Positions 56,340-64,000 of a stretch of 64,000 nucleotides of DNA are shown here, piece after piece. The notes beneath the pieces were generated by a model. The model saw nothing but the letters and a program-made list of their open reading frames with translations, was not told where the DNA came from and did not search any database. The stretch's first letter is position 1; every line of letters starts with the position of its first letter. The stretch lies in the NCBI RefSeq assembly GCF_009914755.1, contig NC_060927.1. One strand, given 5' to 3'. This DNA is from the human T2T-CHM13v2.0 reference genome, Homo sapiens. The position numbers and the translations under genes were made by a program.

Positions 56340-56694
56340 GAGTTAGCTCTCTATATCTATGGGTTCTGCATCCATGGATTCAACCAACCACAGATAGATC
56401 ATAAATCTTCAAAAAAAAAAAAAAAGGATGGTTGCATCTGTTCTGAATATGTACAGACTTCTTTTTCTTATTATTCCCTAAACAATACAGCATAACAGCT
56501 ATTTACATAGCATTTGTAATGTATTCTATATTATTAGTAATCTAGAAATGATGATTTAAAGCATCCAGGAGGATGTGCATAAGTTATATAAAAATAACTA
56601 CAGCATTTTATAAAGGGAGTTAAGCACCAGTGGATTTTGGAATCTGCAAGGATCCGTAGAACAAATCACCCACCAGATACTGAGGGATGCCTCT
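56340..56694 (-). mobile_element. MER2 (TcMar-Tigger) nested in L1M
   Basis: gggttctgcatccatggattcaaccaacc...atgtacagactt...attccctaaacaatacag...gtggattttgg...gatactgaggga. Confidence 0.85.
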
Positions 56695-58229
56695 ACTTCT
56701 AAATAATCCATGAGTCAAAGAGGAAGTCTCAAGGAAAAGCAAAAATATATATTGAACTGCATGATAACAGAAATACAATATATCAAAATCTATGGGACTC
56801 AACTAGAGCAGTGTTGAGATGAAAATTTATAGCACATTTTAGTGCCTACATTAGTAAAAAGGAAACAGAAAAATATCATATCAATAATCTAAGTTACCAC
56901 AATCTAAGAAACTAGAAAAAGAAGGATGCAGCAAACCCAAAGAAGGAAGGAAATAATGAAGAAAATAATAAAGAGCAGAAATAAAAAAAGATAGCTCCTA
57001 CTTTCTAGAAGTTTGTAGCTTATTTAGAGAGATAATATTAATACACAATACAAAACGATGTAGAAGCACAGCCTAAAAGATGAAGAGGGGTTCGGGCAAC
57101 TTCCATTTTGGCTCCCAATATACTAAAAAATGAAGAAATGACAAAACAGGATTGTTGTTATTGTGAGATTAATATATTTTAAAGTTTTACATTAGTATAT
57201 AGACCCTTATATGAATAAAAATGAAGGAACTATATTATTCACAAGATAACATAATTTATAAACATATACAGTTAACGAGTACATCAAAGAGCCCAGTGAT
57301 GGGGCATAAGGCAAACCTGTATAATGAACGTATTCTTCATCGAGCCTGTCTTGGTACATGTGATTATATCTTTAGTCTCATCTAGAAATAATGTCACAAA
57401 TCTGCACTCAAGAATCTGTAGATCATAAAACATAAAATGAACCGTGGGTTTATTCTATTTTAGTATTTCTGTAGAAGACATCTCAACTAATAAAGCCATG
57501 TCACATTTTTTTCCTTTGCTGCTAATGGAGTATTTGCAAAACTCTGCACACTGCTGAAAAAACAATGCCATTTGTGGTATTACCATAAAGCCATATTCTG
57601 AAATTGCACCAGTCTTGAGTATGACAGTCACGTCTGATATACATGAAAATGTCAGTATGCCCCTGTTATGCAAATTGAACAAAGAAGCACTCAATTACTC
57701 AATACACACTCACAAAATGCAGATTTTACATGTGAAAATAGTAGTAAAAGTGCACTGTGATAGAATCTGACATAATATTCTTGAAGGGGAACCCAAGGCT
57801 TCTCATTGTGTAAACCAGAAATGTATATTCTCTACTTCCACTCTCCCATCGGCCATCGATTACTTTGGAGGCATGCAGCTCTCATAGAGACCACCTTTGA
57901 CATTGGTTTGGTCTATTCCAGAATGGCATGGCCACAGGTCAAATGGATCACAGTAAAAAGTGCTATTGGATCAGGGGTCTGCCTCTGCAAATCTGCTGTC
58001 TTAGCTAAATGCCCTCTTGCCTGGCAAGGCATCTGCTTGTCCTGTCACAGATTCCAAGCTTAGCAGGCAAATTTCCCTATCAAGCTAACATCAATGCCAA
58101 GAGCTCTGTTTTTCTATTCTGGCATGCTCAAATGATGGACACAGACCTCTGTAGGTGTAATGGGAGGTTCATGTTTGGTTCACAGGGAGAAATCAGAGTG
58201 CAGTAGATTGAGCTGTTTAAGTCTTTGCT

Positions 58230-59520
58230 CAGTTGCTCATGAGTCATATGACCTTGATCAAGTCACTTAACCTCTTTGAGCCTCAGTTTACTCATCTATA
58301 AATAGGGTCCTATTCAACCTCAGGCTTATAAGAAGGATAGAGTAAATTAATGTATGGCAAAGTGATTGACAGATATCAGACCCTTAGCAAATATTAGTGA
58401 TATTGATGATAGCTCTGTGTTTCAAAAAAGAAAGCCAGAGGGGAAAATCAAAAGGGGTTTTCTTCCTGGTTCCTTAGCTTGAAAAAATAGGGGATAAAAT
58501 GTTCACACTTGGGTGGTTTTAGAGTGCTTAAAGACATATGTTAGATTACAAACAGACTACTAACAGTCATTATGAGTTCTTAATTGAGTTACTATTCCCA
58601 CTGCACTTTTTCAATACCAAGAAAATGGAATTACTGCCTAGTAAATTTCTCACCACTGTGATAAAAAGTCAAGAGGCTTCTTACCTCACAATCAACCCTC
58701 ATAAGGGGTAAATAATAATATTGCCATTTAACAGACAGGAAACCGAAACTTTGAAAGTCTGGAAAACAGCAAAAGCTTTTACTTCACTCTATCTTATGCC
58801 AAAACTCATGTTCCCTTCTTAGTACCACACTGCTTTGCATTTCAGTTCTAGCTCTAATAATTCCTCTGAAAGTGGCTCAAATGTTACTAATATCTAATAT
58901 TTGCTCAGTATTTACAATGTGTCAGCCACATTTATATATTAAATTATATACTTTTTATAACAAACCTAGAGGATAATTGCTATTGTTATCCTCAAGACAA
59001 ATATGGAGACTGAGACTGGAGAAGTGAAACCACTTGCTCAAGGTCAAATGGCTGGTGAGTGTCAGGGCTCTGATTCAAATCCAGACAGCAAGACGTATCA
59101 CTGTTCTTCTCAACCATTACATGAGATGGATGCACCACGTAAATCCATGATTCTCAACATGTATTGATCTCACAACATTCTTTCCAGCAAAGAGTAGCCA
59201 AGAATTACAAACTCCATCAGGATAGCAAAGTGATTAGTCCAAGATCACACAGCAGCAAGACCAGAACTTAAACCAGGGCTTTGTTGATACTAGTCATAAC
59301 AGATACTATTTATAAGGAGCCTACTAGGTGCCAGGCACTGATGTAGGTAGCTGATATTTCAAAACAACAACAAAGTAAGTGCCATTGTCTTCTTTTCATA
59401 TATAATAAAATTGAAATCAATTCTTAAGTCAATTATTTGAGGCAATATAGCCAGTAAAGTGCCACTTCAGGATTTGAGCCTATATATTTCTATCTTCAAA
59501 GTCCATACTTTTTCCAAACA
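58230..59520. mobile_element. Cluster of 4-5 MIR fragments (one sense at about 58230-58410, the rest antisense)
   Basis: gaccttgatcaagtcacttaacctctttgagcctcagtttactcatct; ccatttaacagacaggaaaccga; ggagactgagactggagaagtgaaaccacttgctcaaggtca; gtccaagatcacacagc. Confidence 0.7.
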
Positions 59521-60647
59521 CCCCAGATTACTCCCTTGAGTCTCAGTCTATTGTCCACTTAACTATTATATAAGTTCTTGATTTGCTCTTCAAAATTTGT
59601 TTTCCACGATGTTATTTCACAACTGGAGTTTGCATATGTATTTTCAAGATGAAACAAAGTCATTCCAAGAAACAAAGACCTTCTCTATGACTTTTTCCCT
59701 TTATCAAATCAAATCTATTATTGTTTCTTATAAACTATTATATTTTCCTTCAGAGAAAAATGCCCCCATAGATCTAGGAATTTACAAAATGCTTATGAAG
59801 AGACAAAAACTTCAATTAGTCATTTTCTAGTTTGGAGTGGGATTATCTCACAGAAATGCAAATTTGGTAAGTATTTTGATTAGGACACAAGGAGCTAGAG
59901 AAATTACCCTCAATTTGAAAGAAGAGATAAAAGAATTTTGAATATCTGGTAATTTTTAATGTTCTCACTATAAAATAATAGACTATTCCTGGTTCAAAGT
60001 TACATTTGAGATCATATATCCCCACTCTCATTTCATTTATTTAGGTTTATTTCATCAGAAAAAAGATTTGAGGAAACGTAATAAAATTACAAATGAACTA
60101 ATACATTTAAAGACAAAAAGATAAGTAAGAGCCATATAAGAAGGAAGGCGATCATTTCATTAGAAAACTAATGGGAGGTTATGACTGTACTTGAAGATCT
60201 GTTCCATTTGTTACATCTTGGCAGCAAGGGCAAAAATGGAAAATGTTATTTGTAGATAATGTAACTTATATTATGTAATGATGCTAATAGTTAATATCTA
60301 TACGAAAGGTTGAGGTAGTGCCTAGAACAAAGTAAGTTGCTCAATAAGTGTCTCTTCCTGCTTCTCCTTAAAGAGCCTTTTTTTTTTTTTTTTACGCAAA
60401 TTCCAGCTTAGGGGTAATATCACTTTCTAAAGCAGAAATTATTTTCTGCTGGGAGTTGTTCCTAGACACAATTTGCTCCTTATTGAATAAATAAATAATT
60501 CCTATTTTGTAAAGTAAAATTCACAAAATGAGCGATAAATTCTTTATAACCATAAATTTCTCAAAAGATTAGACAAAAAGTGAGGAAGGAAAAGAAACGA
60601 GGAAAGGGGAGGAGAAATGAAATTTCATCATATAAAAATAGCATTTA

Positions 60648-60953
<306 letters not shown>

Positions 60954-61048
60954 TTAATTCATGTGCATATTTGTAAACATTTAAGTAGATTTCCTCAAGA
61001 CCTCAAGATGTGGCTGTCAGTATATTTCCCTTAATCACTCAGAGTAAT

Positions 61049-61433
61049 TGCTCTGGTTTGAATGCTTGCATCGCCACCAAAATTCATGTTGAAACTTAAT
61101 CCTCAATGAAACAATATTAAGAAGAGGGGCCTTTTGGGAGGTGATTAAGTCATGAGAGCTTTGTCCTCATGAATGAAATTAGTACCCTTATAAAAGGGTT
61201 TGAGAGACCTGTAGCTAGACACTTTTTTGTCCTTCTGCCTTCTACCATGTAAGGAAAATGCAGCAACAAGAAGCCATCTTGGAAGCAGAGACCAGGCTCT
61301 CACCAGACACCAAACCTGCTGGCAACTTGATCTTGTACTTCCCAGCCACCAAAATTGTGATAAGTAAAATTCTATTTTTGTAAATTACCCAGTCTCAGGT
61401 ATTTTGTTATAGCAGCATGAACAAATTAAGATA
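61049..61433 (+). mobile_element. MSTD-like MaLR LTR
   Basis: tgctctggtttgaatg...aaaattcatgttgaaacttaatc...gccatcttggaagcagagaccagg...taaattacccagtctcaggtattttgttatagcagca. Confidence 0.8.
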
Positions 61434-61489
61434 GAAATTGTATAGTTTTAGAAGATGTGTATGGCTGAGAAGTTGATAAAGTGTGGACT

Positions 61490-61738
61490 TATGTTGGTTA
61501 ATTTTTGGTGTCAACTTGACTAGATTGAGGGATACTCAGAAAGCTGGTAAAGCATTATTCCTACGTAAGACTGTAGGGTGTCTTGAAAAGAGATTGGCAT
61601 TTGAATCAGTGGACTAAGTAAGGAAGATCTTCCTTCACTCAATATGGGCAGACATCATGCAGTCAGCAAAGGGCCAGCATAGAACAAAAAAGTATGAGAT
61701 AGGCAAATTTCCTCTCTCTCTGATTCTCTTTCTCTCTG

Positions 61739-61780
<42 letters not shown>

Positions 61781-62105
61781 TCTGTTTCTCTTTTCTGGAG
61801 CTGAGATACGCATCTTCTCCTGTCCTTGGACATCAGAACTCCAAGTCCTCTGGCCTTTGGACTTCAGGACTTGCACCAGCAGTGCCCTAGTTTCTCAGGC
61901 CTTCGGACTCAGACTGAGAATTCCAACATCACTTCCCCTGGTTCTCAGGCCTTCAGACTTGGACTGAGACATCCTACCAGCTTACCCGCTTCTCCAAGAT
62001 CGTAGACAGTCTATAGTAGGACTTCTCAGCCTCCATAATTGTGTGAGCCAATTCCTCTATAAATATACCATTGGTTCTGCTTCTCTGGAGAACCCTGACT
62101 AATAT
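61490..62105 (+). mobile_element. MLT2B-like ERVL LTR containing a (CT)n tract (about 61711-61782)
   Basis: ggttaatttttggtgtcaacttgactagattgagggatac...ttggacatcagaactcc...ctctggagaaccctgactaata. Confidence 0.85.
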
Positions 62106-64000
62106 AGCAACTCACAAACAAGCATCCAGTTATCCCAGAAAAGCCATGCTCATTCATTTATAAACATTGATGAAGACAAATGTCACGTAGGGGATAACCA
62201 TTTTTAAAAGCTAGATGCATTTGAGGGTTTGATTACTTAAACAATTTTATAAAATGTAAGCATTGATTCACTTAACCAAGAATTTTTAAAGCATTAATAA
62301 GGACAAAGATGGCTGAGGCCTATGGTAACTTTGAGACCCCATAGACAAAATCCTCATGAAATAGAGACAAGGTGTAATAACCCAAAGCTTCCCAATGTGC
62401 ATGCTGTTGTATAGGTGTGTCAACAGGAGACAGGTGATCTGAGATAGTGTCTCCGCAGCCTTGGGGCTACTGGAGCAAGCAACCTGGCCTGTTTATCCAC
62501 GTATAAAAATAGTGCCATTTTCTATGTGTAAAAAAAAGATAGGAAAGCACTAAAAGAGGCTATAAAATAATATTAGTAAAGATGGACAAAGAACGTTATT
62601 GATTTCAAACAGATAAGTGGAAAAGTCTTGAAAAACCATTTCAAATTATTATGGAGATGTAGTCAATTCAAAATAACATAATATTAAAAATATGAGTTAT
62701 AGTTGTGTGCATTTCTGGACAAGATAATGGAGTTAAGAGTTAAATAGTGAAATAAATACATTAAATGCTCTAGTGATGGTAAAGTGTCAGAAATACTATT
62801 TTATTATAAAATATGCTTCTGGGATACATGCACAGAAAAATAACTAAATGCTCTGTTTTCATTTTGTTTTCTTTTGTCTGATTTTCTTAAAGCTGTACAA
62901 CTCAAAATTGCACTCTCTTCAGTGTAGTCTAAGATTTTATCATTAACTAGACATAGTTATTCAGCTTTCAATTACACAGCCAGATTTTAAAAGGCATTAT
63001 TTCTTATTGGTTAACTATAAGAATTTGCTTAAATGCAAATATATATGTTTTTCCAGGTACTGATAATTAGTAGTATTTCTTCTTTCAGGAGGTATAAAAT
63101 TTGAAATTTAGTCCTTAGGGCACAAAGGAAAATAAGTGATTGTCAAAGTTACAGAGAATTTTATTTAAACTTAATTCAGATAATTATGTGAAGGTTGCTT
63201 GGTATTAATACTCAAAGTGATAAAAATCCTTTTGAGAATGCTCATAATGGCTTGAAATCAAAGTACCTTTTTCATTTTCAGGAAATTTTATTCAATCTCA
63301 AATATAGGGAAAAAAAAGTTACAATTTAATCTCCTAGAAACTGCTTTTACTTTTAAGGCCCAGTCAATCAAGAGGTAAAGTCTTCACAGTTCTTGAACAC
63401 TCTATGCATTTCCTTCATTGTTTGTTTTAAAACAACATCAAAACTGAAAGAATGAGTTAGTTCTCAAATCACAATTTTAAATGCTTAGTTTTCCCTAATA
63501 CCCAACTTTCAAGTATTTTATTTCAACCAATATCCAGATAATTAGCTAATATTAGACTTACAAACCACCACTGGGATTGTTATTGTTATTATTTGGGGAA
63601 CGCTATGATTTATAAATGTTTGTTAAAGTTATTTTTCTTTTATCTCTACCAATAATGAAATTAACTCAATAATAATCCCATAACCCAAAGAGAGCTACTC
63701 TTAATATTATAGTATATTCTTATAGACACTTTTCTATATACATGCTATTTTCATTTTTTTACATAATTAACATTCTATAATTTTGTATCATGCTTTCTAA
63801 CCTAATATGTCACAAGCATATACTATCTACTTTATTATATTTCAACTACATTTTTATAATAATTACATATTATTTCACCCTACAACTACGTTATAATTTA
63901 TTTCAGCAGTCAACTATTGTTAAACATTTTAATTACTTGCAGTGTTTCATTACTAGAAACAATATACTTCTCTGGTCAAAACATTAAAATGTGCTCTGAA

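Larger units (their letters stand above)
52630..56990 (+). mobile_element. Ancient L1M (L1MC/MD-like) 5'UTR-ORF1-ORF2 endonuclease region with several nested insertions
   Basis: Degenerate ORF1 (QPIILCPVKISFRKEGEIKAF at 54760-54945) and ORF2 start aatgtaaacagtctaaatacaccaattaaaa...caagaaactcacttc, continuing to aagaaactagaaaaagaag. Confidence 0.8.

Overview
This is AT-rich, CpG-depleted primate (almost certainly human) genomic DNA containing the 3' part of AGTR1 (angiotensin II type 1 receptor, + strand). Bases 1-26018 are intronic, with two alternative 5' exons of 58 nt (15213-15270) and 157 nt (24830-24986). The terminal exon (26019 to about 28032) holds the whole 359-aa GPCR CDS (26066-27145) and the 3'UTR. 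About 36 kb of repeat-rich intergenic DNA follows. The promoter and first exons are not in the window. The only protein-coding gene is AGTR1; the other ORFs in the track are Alu/L1-derived or chance. Main observations: (1) the 58-nt exon is an exonised antisense MIR that supplies its own acceptor and in-frame ATG; (2) the 157-nt exon has uORFs in all three frames plus an ATG giving a 29-aa N-terminal extension; (3) the haplotype carries the 3'UTR 1166C allele that breaks a miR-155 seed match; (4) a solo LTR10A/F with a 28-bp AP-1-bearing tandem array lies about 10 kb downstream; (5) there is an intronic AluYa5 and a tailless internal L1 ORF1 fragment resembling a DNA-break repair insertion. 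I found no evidence of a wholly new biological system. Repeat subfamily names come from recalled consensus sequences and need RepeatMasker/Dfam confirmation.
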